In this document: positions 18,653-29,844 of the stretch, piece after piece | Position numbering within the stretch: the first letter of the stretch is position 1 | Layout of the letters: the number at the start of each line of letters is the position of its first letter | Translations under genes and position numbers: made by a program | The notes under the pieces: model-generated | The model's input: the letters and a program-made list of their open reading frames with translations, nothing else | The model's database searches: none | What the model was told of the DNA's origin: nothing | Source: Candidatus Poriferihabitaceae bacterium | GTDB lineage: Bacteria > Pseudomonadota > Gammaproteobacteria > Arenicellales > Poriferihabitantaceae | Reading direction: 5' to 3' | NCBI GenBank assembly: GCA_965221795.1 | Contig: OZ244914.1 | Coordinates: forward strand, 826,030 to 890,029 | Length of the DNA: 64,000 bases

Positions 18653-21427
18653 CTATGTGGCTGGTGTTTTTTCGACCAGCTGGAAGACCTCAATCTGGTC
18701 ACCGACCCTGACATCGTTATAGCTCCGGATACCGATCCCACATTCAAAGCCATTGCGGACTTCCTGCACATCGTCCTTGAACCGTCGCAGGGAATCGATC
18801 GCTCCTTCAAAGATCACGACATTGTCACGCAATACCCGAACGGGCAAGTTGCGCTTGACCACACCCTCCAACACATAACTCCCTGCAATCGCACCAATCT
18901 TCGGAGCCCGAAATACATCCCGAACCTCTATCAGGCCAACATGCTCTTCCTGCAAAATCGGCGAGAGCATCCCGCTCATGGCATTCTGCACCAGGTCAAT
19001 CACATCGTAAATCACGTTGTAATAGTACACCTCCACTCGTTCGGACTCGATCAATTTGCGCGCAGCTGTATTCGCGCGCACATTGAATGCAACGATGACC
19101 GCACTGGATGCGATCGCCAAATTGACATCCGACTCGCTGATGCCTCCCACCATGCCATGTATCACTCTCACATTGACCGTTTCGGTGCTGAGTTTTGCCA
19201 TTGCTTCTGTCAGCGCCTCCACAGACCCCTGCACATCGGCCTTGATGACCAAATTGAGATTCAGCGTTTCGCCTTCTTCCATATCCCGGAACATTCCTTC
19301 CAGCTTGGCTTTTTGTTGCCTTGCCAACCGCACTTCCTTGAATTTTCCCTGCCGGTGGAAGGCAATTTCTCTCGCCTTGCGCTCATCTGCCACCACGACC
19401 AAGTCGTCTCCCGCAACGGGCACACCCCCCAAACCATGAATTTCAACCGGCGTGGATGGGCATGCCTCATCTACTGCGCTGCCCATATCATCCAGCAACA
19501 CCCGAACCCGCCCGGTTTCCCGGCCAGCAAGGATGACATCCCCCTTGCGAAGGATCCCCTCTTGTACCAACACCGTGGCTACCGGGCCACGCCCCTTGTC
19601 CAAACGGGCTTCGACCACGATCCCAGTCGCCGAGCCGCTGTCTCGCGCTCTCAGATCAGCGACCTCCGCCTGTAACAGGACCGACTCCAGCAATCCCGGG
19701 ATGCCTTCTCCAGTGACAGCTGACACCATGTTCACCAACGTATCCCCGCCCAGCTCTTCCGGAATTACTCCATGACTGACGAGTTCATTCTTGACTCGCT
19801 CAGGATTGGCTTCCTCTCGGTCAATCTTGTTAATAGCTACGATCATGGGAACATCCGCATCCTTTGCATGATGAATCGCCTCAACGGTTTGCGGCTTGAC
19901 ACCGTCATCTGCCGCGACCACCAAGATTACAATATCCGTCGCACTGGCACCGCGTGCACGCATCGCTGAAAAAGCCTCATGGCCCGGTGTGTCCAGAAAG
20001 CAGATCTCATGTCCATCCAGACTCACCTTGTAAGCACCCAGATGCTGGGTAATTCCTCCCGCTTCACCGGACACGACCTTGGTCTTGCGAAGATAATCAA
20101 GTAGTGACGTCTTCCCATGATCTACATGCCCCATGATGGTCACCACCGGAGCTCTCGGTACCCGTTCCGCATCTTCGGTCTCGGGACGGGACAGTAAGGA
20201 TTCCGGATCGTCCATGGAAGCAGCGATCCCTTTGTGTCCCATTTCTTCGACTACCAACAAGGCGGTATCCTGATCCAGAACCTGGTTTATGGTCACCATG
20301 GAGCCCATACTCATCATGACCTTGATCACTTCTGCTGCCTTAACCGACATGACCAAGGCGAGTTCGCCCACTGTTATGGTTTCGGGGACCTGGACGTCGC
20401 GAACGACGGACGCCGTCGGTTTGACAAATGCATGTTGGTCTGCAACTGAGGAAGAGATCTTGCCAGGCTTGCGGCCCAAGGGCCGACGGCGATCCCGGCG
20501 ACGTTTGGACGCATGCAACTCGGCCCGCTCCTCCGCTACTGGCTTGCCCTTCCGAGCTTTTTTGCTGCTCCGACCGTCGGTATCGTCTTCTGCCTTTTCT
20601 CGCCCAGACTTTGGTTTTTGAGGATCGGAGGGAGTAGGCGGCTTGCTGCGCTTCTCTGCCTTCTGCGTCTTTTCCGTTTCCACCGATTGGGGAGCAGGTG
20701 GCACTGTTTCATGCTCTGAGTCTTTCCGAGAAGCCGGATCCCTGACTTCGGGTTGTCCATCTGTTCCCGGTATAGATACTTTGCCCAGCGTGGACGCTTC
20801 CGCCTTCTGACGTTCCTTTTCTCTACGCTCCTGTTCCAAAATCTCCTGCTCCCGGCGCTCTCTTTCCTGCTGCTCCCGTTCCGCTTGCTCCGCTTCTCGG
20901 GCTTCCCGTTCCGCCCTCTCCGCTTGTTCGCGCATTGCCTGCTCCCGCAACTGCAGTTCTCTTTCTGCCTCAAGAGCCTTGCGTTCCTCGGCTTCCCTTG
21001 CCAGCTTTTGAGCATCCGCCACACGTTGCTGCTCCTGTTCCGTTGCCAATTGATGTTGATTTTTTTCTTCTTCCTCCTGGTGGAGTCTTTTTTCCTGCAC
21101 CTGCTCGGCTTCCAGCACACTCCGCTTGACGAAAGTCCGCTTTTTCCGGGTTTCCACATGAACCGTACGGGCTGCCCCGGTTCGGGATGTCTGCCGAATC
21201 TCGTTGGTGGTCTTGCGCTTGAGAGTGATGCGGTTACGACCCGGAGTCTCCCGGGCTTGGGTTGCTTTTTCTCCCTTCAGAAATTGTAACAGACGTAGTT
21301 TCTCGCTGTCCTCCAGCAGGTCATCCGCCGTCTTGCCCGAAATACCGGCCTGCCCCAACTGCTCAATCAACTTGTCGATCGAAACGCCGATCTGGGACGC
21401 AAAATGGCTTATTGTGATCTCTGACAT
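18653..21427 (-). CDS. infB: translation initiation factor IF-2
   Basis: G-domain [24 protein letters not shown]-rich N-terminal region. Start set at the internal ATG ([10 protein letters not shown]). Confidence 0.95.
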   Translation of the reverse strand: MSEITISHFASQIGVSIDKLIEQLGQAGISGKTADDLLEDSEKLRLLQFLKGEKATQARETPGRNRITLKRKTTNEIRQTSRTGAARTVHVETRKKRTFVKRSVLEAEQVQEKRLHQEEEEKNQHQLATEQEQQRVADAQKLAREAEERKALEAERELQLREQAMREQAERAEREAREAEQAEREQQERERREQEILEQERREKERQKAEASTLGKVSIPGTDGQPEVRDPASRKDSEHETVPPAPQSVETEKTQKAEKRSKPPTPSDPQKPKSGREKAEDDTDGRSSKKARKGKPVAEERAELHASKRRRDRRRPLGRKPGKISSSVADQHAFVKPTASVVRDVQVPETITVGELALVMSVKAAEVIKVMMSMGSMVTINQVLDQDTALLVVEEMGHKGIAASMDDPESLLSRPETEDAERVPRAPVVTIMGHVDHGKTSLLDYLRKTKVVSGEAGGITQHLGAYKVSLDGHEICFLDTPGHEAFSAMRARGASATDIVILVVAADDGVKPQTVEAIHHAKDADVPMIVAINKIDREEANPERVKNELVSHGVIPEELGGDTLVNMVSAVTGEGIPGLLESVLLQAEVADLRARDSGSATGIVVEARLDKGRGPVATVLVQEGILRKGDVILAGRETGRVRVLLDDMGSAVDEACPSTPVEIHGLGGVPVAGDDLVVVADERKAREIAFHRQGKFKEVRLARQQKAKLEGMFRDMEEGETLNLNLVIKADVQGSVEALTEAMAKLSTETVNVRVIHGMVGGISESDVNLAIASSAVIVAFNVRANTAARKLIESERVEVYYYNVIYDVIDLVQNAMSGMLSPILQEEHVGLIEVRDVFRAPKIGAIAGSYVLEGVVKRNLPVRVLRDNVVIFEGAIDSLRRFKDDVQEVRNGFECGIGIRSYNDVRVGDQIEVFQLVEKTPAT

Positions 21428-21474
21428 ATGGACTCTTGTAATTTCAGTATGTGGGCCGGACCAGAGCGATTCTA

Positions 21475-22974
21475 TCATTGAACAGAAGGTTCACCTTCCA
21501 CAAACCAAGGGGCCCGGGCTGTCATAATCAACTCACTGGCACGCTCACTGGGTATATTCACGACTTCCAGCACCTCATCAATGGCGCAATCTGCGAGATC
21601 GGACATAGTCCGAATTCCACCGCTGGCAAGGGCGCTGGCCGTTGCCTCATCCATCCCTTTCATACTCAGCAGGTCCTCACTCGGCGCATTCATTTCCTGG
21701 GTCGCGATGGCATCGGTCAACAGCGTGTCCTGGGCCCGGTTGCGCAATTCATCCACAATGGCTTCATCAAACTCCTCGATATCCAGCAACTCCTGCTTGG
21801 GAACATAAGCAATTTCCTCCAGACTGGTAAAGCCTTCCTGAGAAAGAATGGTTGCCACATTTTCATCAATAGCCAGATGCTGGATGAAATACCCCATCAA
21901 CTCCTTTTGTTCGGATTCCTGCTTTTCGACGGCTTCCTTATCGGTCATCAAATTGATCTCCCATCCCGTCAAGTCGGAGGCAAGACGAACATTCTGCCCA
22001 CCACGACCTATGGCTCGGGAAAGATTTTCTTCTGTGACGACCACGTCCATCTGTCGGGTTTCTTCGTCCATGAGAATGGAATCCACCTCCGCCGGTGCCA
22101 AGGCCTGGATCACAAATTCCGCCGCATCTTCGGACCAAATGATAATATCGACCCGTTCGCCGGCAATCTCGTTGGAGACACTTTGCACTCGGGACCCTCG
22201 GATCCCCACACACGCTCCTACCGGGTCGACGTTGCGATCATTGGAACGGACCGAAATCTTAGCCCGGGAACCCGGGTCTCTCGCAGCACCAATGATGTCG
22301 ATAATCCCTTCACTGACTTCCGGCACTTCCAGGCGGAACAGTTGTATCAGGTATTGCGGGGACAGTCGGCTAAGAATCAGTTGTGGGCCCCTCTCTTCGT
22401 CGATCTTTTCCAAAAGGGCCCGGATTCGGTCTCCCGGACGGAGCCCCTCACGTGGGATCATCCTGTTTTTTGGCAGCATCGCCTCAGCGTCTCCAAGGTC
22501 AATGATGGCATGCCCCCGCTCAACACGTTTGACGGTGCCCGACACCAACGTCCCCACACGCTCTTCATAGCGCGCTGCAACCTGTTGGCGCTCGGCTTCC
22601 CGAACCTTCTGCATAATCACCTGCTTGGCGGCTTGGGCGGCAATACGACCAAAATCCACCTTGTCGATAGGTTCTTCAATCAGATCACCCACCTCCACTT
22701 CGTCATTGCTCTCTTTGGCTTCGGATACCCGCATCTGCGCATCGGGAAAAGTGAGTTCTTCCTCATCGGAAATCACTTCCCAGACACGGAAGATCTCATA
22801 TTCTCCAGAGACCCGATCAATGCTGACCCGGGCTTCGATTTCCTTCTCATGTTTTTTCCGAATTGCGGTCGCAAGTGCCGCTTCGATGGTCTTGAAGATA
22901 ATTTCCTTATCGAGATTTTTCTCCCTGGATACCACCTCGGCCATCAAGAGGATTTCATTATTTGTAATCGCCAT
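21475..22974 (-). CDS. nusA: transcription termination/antitermination factor NusA
   Basis: 499 aa with S1 and KH regions and C-terminal acidic repeats. Canonical rimP-nusA-infB order. Confidence 0.97.
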   Translation of the reverse strand: MAITNNEILLMAEVVSREKNLDKEIIFKTIEAALATAIRKKHEKEIEARVSIDRVSGEYEIFRVWEVISDEEELTFPDAQMRVSEAKESNDEVEVGDLIEEPIDKVDFGRIAAQAAKQVIMQKVREAERQQVAARYEERVGTLVSGTVKRVERGHAIIDLGDAEAMLPKNRMIPREGLRPGDRIRALLEKIDEERGPQLILSRLSPQYLIQLFRLEVPEVSEGIIDIIGAARDPGSRAKISVRSNDRNVDPVGACVGIRGSRVQSVSNEIAGERVDIIIWSEDAAEFVIQALAPAEVDSILMDEETRQMDVVVTEENLSRAIGRGGQNVRLASDLTGWEINLMTDKEAVEKQESEQKELMGYFIQHLAIDENVATILSQEGFTSLEEIAYVPKQELLDIEEFDEAIVDELRNRAQDTLLTDAIATQEMNAPSEDLLSMKGMDEATASALASGGIRTMSDLADCAIDEVLEVVNIPSERASELIMTARAPWFVEGEPSVQ

Positions 22975-23044
22975 GTTTATTTACGCCAAGAAAACATTCG
23001 CTCTGCCAGTCGACCGCAATTAGCCAAACCATGCGGATCACTCT

Positions 23045-23533
23045 TCATGACCGCTTCTTGCCCTTTCCGGGCAGGTCGTATAACGGCTGGAGACGAGCCA
23101 ACTCCATTTCGGCATATGGCAAGCGGTACTTCTCACCGTCCACTTCCACCTCTGCTGTTGTCTCATCTGCTGCGACCAACTCTCCAGAAAACCGCCGTCG
23201 ACCCAATATATGGGTCTGCATGAGAATCCGGACACGCTCACCGGCATACCGTTGAAAATGTGCTGGCTTGACCAAGGGCCGGTCCAACCCCGGGGAAGAC
23301 ACCTCCAACGTATAGGCATGTTGAATCGGATCCTCGACATCCAGCACCAAACTGACTTGCCGGCTGACCATTTCACAGTCATCCAGTTCAATCCCCCCCG
23401 GCGCATCAATATATAGCCTGAGCGAACTCTGTCCCGGACCCGTAAATTCCAAGTGGAGCAGTTCATAACCCAAGGCCTCCACCGAAGGCTCCAGGATGGT
23501 TCTCAATCCGGCCAGATTTTGCATTACGAGCAT
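23045..23533 (-). CDS. rimP: ribosome maturation factor RimP
   Basis: LEPSVEALGYELLHLEF N-terminus, 162 aa, directly upstream of nusA. Confidence 0.9.
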   Translation of the reverse strand: MLVMQNLAGLRTILEPSVEALGYELLHLEFTGPGQSSLRLYIDAPGGIELDDCEMVSRQVSLVLDVEDPIQHAYTLEVSSPGLDRPLVKPAHFQRYAGERVRILMQTHILGRRRFSGELVAADETTAEVEVDGEKYRLPYAEMELARLQPLYDLPGKGKKRS

Positions 23534-23657
23534 CTGTCAAAATTATGCCTCGTTTAGAACAAAGCCACAAAAAATGGGCCCATGGCCCATCCAATTCACA
23601 CAGCAAGCACCACCGAAAGTCTTCATCCCGGGAGTGCCAAACCATACCACTTTGCAG

Positions 23658-23683
23658 AAAAACAAAACCCCGCATCAGCGGGG
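23658..23683 (-). terminator. Rho-independent terminator or attenuator inside repeat copy 1
   Basis: On the minus strand: CCCCGC-TGAT-GCGGGG followed by TTTTGTTTTT. Copy 2 has the equivalent at 38089..38114. Confidence 0.6.
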
Positions 23684-23830
23684 TCGCTTTTCAATCCGGT
23701 CAGATTGGTAGCAGGGGCTGGCCACGATGACACCGACCGCTGATCACGGCCCGCGATATAGCCTCTCAACCCGCAACATTAGCCGCGTTACTGCCAACCC
23801 TAGAGGAAGTACGTGACTGTCAGGGCGGAT

Positions 23831-23860
23831 ATTATAACCACTTGGCTCGGCGTTCATCAA
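23831..23860 (-). promoter_or_regulatory. sigma70-like promoter inside repeat copy 1
   Basis: On the minus strand: TTGATG, 18 nt, TATAAT. Directed toward rimP. The same motif occurs in copy 2 at 38262..38291. Confidence 0.5.
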
Positions 23861-24119
23861 GGGGTGGTGTACTGGCACAAGGACCTACGTATGGCATATT
23901 TACCAGCGCCTTCCTGGTTGCTCTTTCCTACAACACCATTCGAGGGGAAATTTGCTGTTAGTCTGCAAGATTTTCCATTAATGTACTTATTGCAAAATTG
24001 AGCAAAAAACTCCGAATAATGGCCATCTGAGATGTCTTTCAGATAATCATCCAGATCAACATCCTTAAGATCTTCCCCACCATCGAAGTCTGGCTGCTTA
24101 ATTTGGTATTCCCCCCTTA

Positions 24120-25667
24120 TTATTCGCTGCTACCAAAGATTTCATCGAATTTGCTCTCGATAGCCAACACTTCTTTGTCAGTAAGTTCCGCAAATTCTTT
24201 TTTGCGAGCGCGTTTTGAGAGTTGGCCGTTATTCTGATGGAGAAAACGAATGAGTAAATCAACCAGCCTATCCGGCATATCGATATAGTGTTTAATAAAG
24301 CCATTGAGCAAATCATATTTCATTAAGTATTCGACTTCTTGCGGCAATGTTTTATTGACCGTCTCTTCCACGCATTCAAAGAAAAATTCGGCCTGTTTGG
24401 TCGCATCAAAATAGCGATAGAGATTTATCGTGTCGTTCAAGACTTCAACATTGCCGTTTTCAGTTGGTCTCCACTCAATCAGTTCAAGTCTGGGTTTGGA
24501 GTAATGCTCCAATGTACGTCTGTAATCATCAATGCGACTCAGGATGATTGCAGAAACTGGAAAAACCAGTCCCCTGGGGACAAAGCCTTTTTCGGCCAAG
24601 ACATGATGAAACAGATAGCGATGTATCCGGCCATTGCCATCTTCAAACGGGTGGATAAAAACAAAACCAAAAGCAATAAGCGTTGCCATAAGAACAGGAT
24701 CATAATCACTATCCGTTAAAAGCTGACTGGTTTCGATTAAACCCGAGAGAAGGCTTTTCAAATCCTCCGCCCGCGCAGAGATATGAACGGGCATCGGCAT
24801 TCCGGTAGTACGGTCATGATCACCCACAAATCCGCCCTCAACGCGAAGGCCAGGCAGGATGAAACGGCTCTCTGCAATGACAATGGATTGCAGATACTCC
24901 AACTCATCCATGCTCAAGGTTCGCTGTCCGGCTTCGCCGATGATCTTTCCCCAGCGCTCAATACGATTATGCGGCGGAGCCTCGCCTTCGATTGTGTAAG
25001 ACGCCCTGGAGTCCTTGAGTAAGAGAAAAGCTGCTGCGCGGCTTAGCAGGTCAGCATGGATTTTTCCAATGTGATCGGCAGCTACCCGCGAGAGACCCAT
25101 AGCGATGAAGCGATCGAGTTTCGCAGTACGACGAATCAGTGGGCAAAAGTCACGAGTGCCCGACAGATTGTTGCGCACACGATGTCGTCTTGAATTTCGT
25201 GATGCTGCCGCATATTGAAGCTTCTCATTGATCAGGGGAACAAAATTCCCGTGAGCAGCATCTTCTAGTTTAAGTGTTGTATCGGTCAGCCACTCATACA
25301 AAAACCAGATACGACGGCTATAACTGCCCGTTGGCATCGCCTTAACAATGTTGACGATTTCTTGCGGATCAATGTCATCAAACAAGGCTTTGAGAATAGC
25401 GAGATCAATGCCTTCATACTTTAAGGCAAAGGTAAGATGGCCTTGCAATGTATCGTCAGGCCTGTGGCGCGGTGTGTATAGCTGCCAGCGCCCCCGCTCA
25501 GCCTTTCTATGCTTCGTTCCTATGGCACAAAGGCTATCCGGCACTGGTACGGCGAGCCTGTGCCCTTCAATCAGTGCGGCATAACCTGCATAGGTCGCAC
25601 CTGACTCCAATGCTTGGAAAGCATGAAAGGTCGTTACACCTCCTGATTTTCGATTATATTGAGCCAT
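24120..25667 (-). CDS. Fic family protein
   Basis: Fic motif HPFEDGNGRIHR. 515 aa with an extended N-terminal region and a C-terminal helical domain. Confidence 0.85.
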   Translation of the reverse strand: MAQYNRKSGGVTTFHAFQALESGATYAGYAALIEGHRLAVPVPDSLCAIGTKHRKAERGRWQLYTPRHRPDDTLQGHLTFALKYEGIDLAILKALFDDIDPQEIVNIVKAMPTGSYSRRIWFLYEWLTDTTLKLEDAAHGNFVPLINEKLQYAAASRNSRRHRVRNNLSGTRDFCPLIRRTAKLDRFIAMGLSRVAADHIGKIHADLLSRAAAFLLLKDSRASYTIEGEAPPHNRIERWGKIIGEAGQRTLSMDELEYLQSIVIAESRFILPGLRVEGGFVGDHDRTTGMPMPVHISARAEDLKSLLSGLIETSQLLTDSDYDPVLMATLIAFGFVFIHPFEDGNGRIHRYLFHHVLAEKGFVPRGLVFPVSAIILSRIDDYRRTLEHYSKPRLELIEWRPTENGNVEVLNDTINLYRYFDATKQAEFFFECVEETVNKTLPQEVEYLMKYDLLNGFIKHYIDMPDRLVDLLIRFLHQNNGQLSKRARKKEFAELTDKEVLAIESKFDEIFGSSE

Positions 25668-26257
25668 TTTTTATAAAATTCGGTTACAAATGATTCTCCT
25701 GTATCATTGCATGAAAAACAATGACTATTCGTGAAAATAATTCAAATAAGGTAGTATTTGTGAAAATTAGTTACCCTGAGGGGGCTTTCTTCAAGAAAAA
25801 TATGGATAGTGATCCATATCGTTCATATTGGCACTTTAAGGAGCTTTTTATAAATCAGGCTGCCATGCCCCAATCATCCAAAATCATCTACTTGCGTCAC
25901 GGCGGGATGTCATGGCTCTATTTTTGAGGTTGCGTGATTTTCATTATTCAACACCGGCCACAAAGCCGTAAAAGTTCACCATGAGTACGCTGAAGAGAAG
26001 CGAACCTTGCTACCAAAAACCATGAGAAAGGCTGCACAGGCGATAGATGATTTTTGGTTGTATGCCGATCAAAACCCACGATTTGTATTTGTAATCGGCT
26101 TGATAACGACCACCGAAATCTCTATTGAACCCCGTTCAAAACATGCGCAATAACCAATTCCCAGCTGTCAATGCTTTTTCATTGACAGGTGTACGGCAGT
26201 AACGTGGTCAAGAACTGCTGGAGTAATCTCAATCTCCGTTAAGAGACCAAGGGTACA

Positions 26258-28633
26258 TCAGACTTCCAGTGTAGATTGAATAAAAAGCTCATCATTATTA
26301 TGTACCAATCGGTACCCCATCGCTGCATACCCCTTGCAGCGACGCTGGAACATGCGCTGCAACATTGGTAATGAGCTGTCGACATAGTCGTAAATCGTCA
26401 CTTTCTTTTTGTTTGCAGCTACTCTATGAATACGTCCTGCGTACTGCACAAGTGAGCCTTTCCAGGAAATGGGCAGTGTTAGGAATAGTGTATCCAGTCT
26501 GGGAAGATCAAAGCCTTCACCAATATACTTGCCAGTCGCAATCAACACTTGCGCAGTTGAGGCTTTTTCCATGACTTGTGCTCTCTCTTTAGCTCGCATT
26601 GCTCCACGTAAAACAAGGGTCTGATATCCCCGGCTGGACAGTGCTTCGCTAAGTAAGCCAGCATGTTCTCGCCGTTCCGTTAACACCAAGGAGCTTCGGC
26701 CAAGTTCAATCTGATCGGCAACATCCTGCACGATTAACCGATTCCTCATATCGGATTCCATCAGCCATCGGTAAACGTCTGCGATTTGCAGCTTCGCCTC
26801 TGAGGCTAATGTTACAGGCGGCCTTCCTGCTACTGGCCTGACGATGACATGCTGCTCAAAATGATCTGTCTTATCGCTTTTAACCCGATGACGGATAGGG
26901 CCTGCCTGCATAAAGATAATCGGATGATGGCCATCCTGCCGTTCCGGTGTGGCGGTTAGGCCGAGAACAAAGCGTGCCCTGACATCGGACAAAAGGCGAT
27001 CATAATTCGGTGCTGATACGTGATGGCACTCGTCGATAATAACCTGACCATAGCTCAGCAGTAATGGATCCACGCTGTTATCCTTTTTGCTCAACAAGCT
27101 TTGGTAGGTAGCAATATCAATACAACCAGTCGGTGTGCGCTTGCCCCCACTAATGGCACCAATGTCGGCACCATCCAGAAAAGCCGATAAGCGTTCCTTC
27201 CATTGATCGAACAGTTGTCGAGTATGAGTCAGTATCAGGGTGTTAGTCTTGCGTTTGGCGATTACACCAATGGCGGTTATCGTTTTTCCAAATGCCGTTG
27301 GCGCATGGAGAATCCCCACATCGTGAGCGAGTAATTTCTTAACCGCATGCTTCTGCTCTCCACGCAGTTCACCCAGAAACCGGATATCTTTCAAGCGCTG
27401 TCCTGCTTCCCGTTTATCATCAATCTCAATCACAATATTCTGCTCAGTGAGTAATTGCCGAATATCATCAAGACACCCACGGGGAACAATTAAGTAGTCC
27501 TGCTCGATGCGAGCCAAGCTGATATAGCGAGGAATGCCGTGGGTACTGAACCGCATCGCTTGTGTTTTAAAGAATACCGGATTAGCAAAACTGGCCTGGT
27601 GTTTCAGGCGGGCCAACAATTTTGATGGCAGAGTGCTGACTGGAATAAACACCTGATTCGCCAGTACGATTTTCAGTCTCACCGGGCAATTCTCGACCTT
27701 TGTGTGGTCGGCAGGAATACCTTGCTCCCAAGGCTTGGCTTCTGTTTCCGGCATTTCCCCTTCGAACTGGTGGAGAAGCCTATGCAGTTTGTCGAGCGCA
27801 AGCCGATTCAGTCTGCTAAGAAACTGCCACTGATCGGTGTAAGCGACTAGATACTGATCAACAAAAACTGAGTTTCCGTATTGACGAGGCTGGCGCTGTA
27901 AAGGTAGCGCGATCAAATTGCCGAAACCACCGCTTGGCACTGAATCCTGATTCGGAAATAAGCGATCATAGGAGTCAAATGACAAGCCTGGATAGCTTTC
28001 CATTGCGCAGCCCAGTAATCCAAATCCCAAGCGCCGCGCATCTCTTGCGGATACCTTGTTTTCAAAGAAAATCCAGATATGTGCGCCATTTCCGGAACGG
28101 GAGCGCTCTATAGCATAGGGAACGTTATGGAATTCACAAGCTTGCGCGAATGCTTTTGCTGCCTGCTGCCAATCCGATTTGTCAAAATCCACCGCCAACA
28201 ACCGACAGGTATCGTCGCGCATGAGCGGATATAGCCCAACTGTCTGGAAGCCGGACAAGTGTTCAAATATGGCTCTGGGTTCCAATGCTTTATAGGCCTT
28301 ATTGGTGCATTCACCGCATTTGATTTTTGGTTTGTTGCATAAACCTGGTCGCCATTCGTTATGGCAGGCCACTGCATAGCCGCTTTTCCCTGTACTGTTT
28401 TCCCACCGGAGGGCGTAGATATCTTCTCTGCCGACAAAGAAATTCTGGAATAGCGAGACTTTCTCGTTGGGTGAAAGTGTAGATGAGGTGGCAATCAAAT
28501 TTGGGGGCGTAGACCCCAACTGAGACTTTCGAGCAAGTAATCGTGATTTTTCTTCTTCCAGTTCCTGAAGCCGTTGATTGATCGATTCGACTTCCTGAAT
28601 GATATGGGATCGATCATCAGTAGCCACAAACAA
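26258..28633 (-). CDS. archaeo-eukaryotic primase (AEP/PrimPol-like) domain fused to an SF2 DEAD/DEAH helicase
   Basis: AEP motifs LLAVDFD, SGNGAHIWIFF and YDRLFP, plus a Cys cluster (CNKPKIKCGECTN). Helicase motifs APTAFGKT, IIDECHH, LGLTATP and YAGRIHR. Confidence 0.75.
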   Translation of the reverse strand: MFVATDDRSHIIQEVESINQRLQELEEEKSRLLARKSQLGSTPPNLIATSSTLSPNEKVSLFQNFFVGREDIYALRWENSTGKSGYAVACHNEWRPGLCNKPKIKCGECTNKAYKALEPRAIFEHLSGFQTVGLYPLMRDDTCRLLAVDFDKSDWQQAAKAFAQACEFHNVPYAIERSRSGNGAHIWIFFENKVSARDARRLGFGLLGCAMESYPGLSFDSYDRLFPNQDSVPSGGFGNLIALPLQRQPRQYGNSVFVDQYLVAYTDQWQFLSRLNRLALDKLHRLLHQFEGEMPETEAKPWEQGIPADHTKVENCPVRLKIVLANQVFIPVSTLPSKLLARLKHQASFANPVFFKTQAMRFSTHGIPRYISLARIEQDYLIVPRGCLDDIRQLLTEQNIVIEIDDKREAGQRLKDIRFLGELRGEQKHAVKKLLAHDVGILHAPTAFGKTITAIGVIAKRKTNTLILTHTRQLFDQWKERLSAFLDGADIGAISGGKRTPTGCIDIATYQSLLSKKDNSVDPLLLSYGQVIIDECHHVSAPNYDRLLSDVRARFVLGLTATPERQDGHHPIIFMQAGPIRHRVKSDKTDHFEQHVIVRPVAGRPPVTLASEAKLQIADVYRWLMESDMRNRLIVQDVADQIELGRSSLVLTERREHAGLLSEALSSRGYQTLVLRGAMRAKERAQVMEKASTAQVLIATGKYIGEGFDLPRLDTLFLTLPISWKGSLVQYAGRIHRVAANKKKVTIYDYVDSSLPMLQRMFQRRCKGYAAMGYRLVHNNDELFIQSTLEV

Positions 28634-29093
28634 ACACCGCTGTCTTCAATAAATGCTCGCCTTCAGAAATGAAGAATAAGTAGCATATTTTATGGAGGAT
28701 AGGGAAAACCTCCACACCGTTATCAGTGCAAGCGTAGGAAATACAGCCAGATTCTACGGGATATTGAAAACCCCCGTTCCAGTTATCGCCCTTGAATACG
28801 GCAAGATCAATATCTTCCAAAAAACGATGCAGCAGGCGATAAGCCTTAGACAGGGATGTTCCACCCTTGAACACAACATCATCGACGTGGACTGATTCAG
28901 ACAGATGTTTCAGTGACTGAGTGACCCAATAACCTTTTTCACCATACACCTGCGGCAAGCCAAAAGTTTCAGCGGCTAGCGGCACAAATTCGGAAAAAAC
29001 CTCATTGTCTTGATATCGATTCAATTGTTTCTTGTAACTCTTGCATCCCTGACGCTCAACGCGCTGTCGACTTTCTTGCAACGAAGAACTCAT
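28617..29093 (-). pseudogene. N-terminal fragment of an AbiEii/AbiGii-family nucleotidyltransferase toxin
   Basis: GEKGYWVTQSLKHL and FKGGTSLSKAYRLLHRFLEDIDLAVF match the AbiEii N-terminus. The sequence then loses family character and stops at about half the usual length. No AbiEi partner is present. Confidence 0.5.
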
Positions 29094-29844
29094 ACCCGTA
29101 GCTTTCCGGGTAGGACTCACGAATCGCAATCTCTTTTCGAACCGAATCGATCACTGACAGGCCAATTTCATCATTCGCATACTTCTTCTCCAAGGCGGAT
29201 AAGCGCTGAACAAGCGGTGAATAGTAGCCGTCCCACCAAGCACTGTCTGGCAACGTAAAATGTTCGAGATGCTGATACCCCGCGTTCTCAATTTCTGCAA
29301 CGATGCTTTCTCGCCCAGCCATTGCCGGATACTCGTCAGAGAAAAAGGTCAAGGCGTCATCTGGCGGGCTATCGGTCAGCCAGACAAGTTCCGTGAACGC
29401 CAAGTAACCACCGCTCTTAAGCAGAGGCTTCCACTTCGATAGCGCGTTGGGAACGCCCATGATGTAGGCCGACCCTTCCGCCCACACGAGGTCAAAACTC
29501 TCCGGTTCGAGCGGCAGATCGTTCATGTCCGCCGGCAACACTTCGATGCGGTTTGCAGTCCCCTGCTCTTCAGCCCGAAACCGAAGTTCGCTTAAGTAAG
29601 GGTCGTGGAAATCGACCGCCGTGATCATTGCATCGGTTTTAATCTCGGCAATGTCGAGCGTTTGCGCGCCTGGACCGCAGCCGATATCCAACACGCGGGG
29701 GCTTGACGGGAGTTCGGTACACAGTTCGAGCGCCTTTTGCGTACTCTTGGCATCGCCGGGGCCCTGCCGCGGCAAATCCGACTGGACTTCAAAGAAAACT
29801 TCCATCATATGCTTATCGGTCTGCGAAGACTCTAGATCACTCAT
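29056..29844 (-). CDS. class I SAM-dependent methyltransferase
   Basis: Motif I VLDIGCGPGAQTLDIA. AGGAG lies 5-6 nt upstream of the ATG at 29844. Confidence 0.8.
   Translation of the reverse strand: MSDLESSQTDKHMMEVFFEVQSDLPRQGPGDAKSTQKALELCTELPSSPRVLDIGCGPGAQTLDIAEIKTDAMITAVDFHDPYLSELRFRAEEQGTANRIEVLPADMNDLPLEPESFDLVWAEGSAYIMGVPNALSKWKPLLKSGGYLAFTELVWLTDSPPDDALTFFSDEYPAMAGRESIVAEIENAGYQHLEHFTLPDSAWWDGYYSPLVQRLSALEKKYANDEIGLSVIDSVRKEIAIRESYPESYGYEFFVARKSTAR

Larger units (their letters stand above)
23576..23864 (-). repeat. copy 1 of a ~290-bp direct repeat (promoter + ~120-nt segment ending CTGCTACCA + terminator)
   Basis: About nine-tenths identical by eye to 38004..38295, in the same orientation. 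Occupies the slot upstream of rimP where metY sits in E. coli. Confidence 0.85.

Noticed and set aside
20536-21289. ORFs of 207 aa (minus) and 178 aa (plus) inside infB.
   Set aside because: They are alternative frames of the E/R/K-rich repetitive N-terminal region of IF-2. Their repetitive composition explains the open frames.
21451-23223. 590-aa ORF on the plus strand.
   Set aside because: It is entirely antisense to nusA, which has unambiguous family motifs. The composition is low-complexity and no motif is recognisable. It is a shadow ORF.
23706-23823. The ~118-nt segment inside the direct repeat ending CTGCTACCA, considered as a functional tRNA (for example a second metY).
   Set aside because: I could not fold a cloverleaf. 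There is no matching 5' acceptor strand, no D or T loop consensus, and only loose resemblance to the tRNA-fMet anticodon arm. It is kept as a repeat or possible sRNA, not called as a tRNA.
23865-24119. About 85 codons open on the minus strand just downstream of the Fic gene (…DLKDVDLDDYLKDISDGHYSEFFAQFCNKYINGK…), with a coding-like look.
   Set aside because: The frame has no ATG, GTG or TTG start and no recognisable family. It may be a gene remnant, but the evidence is insufficient to call a feature.
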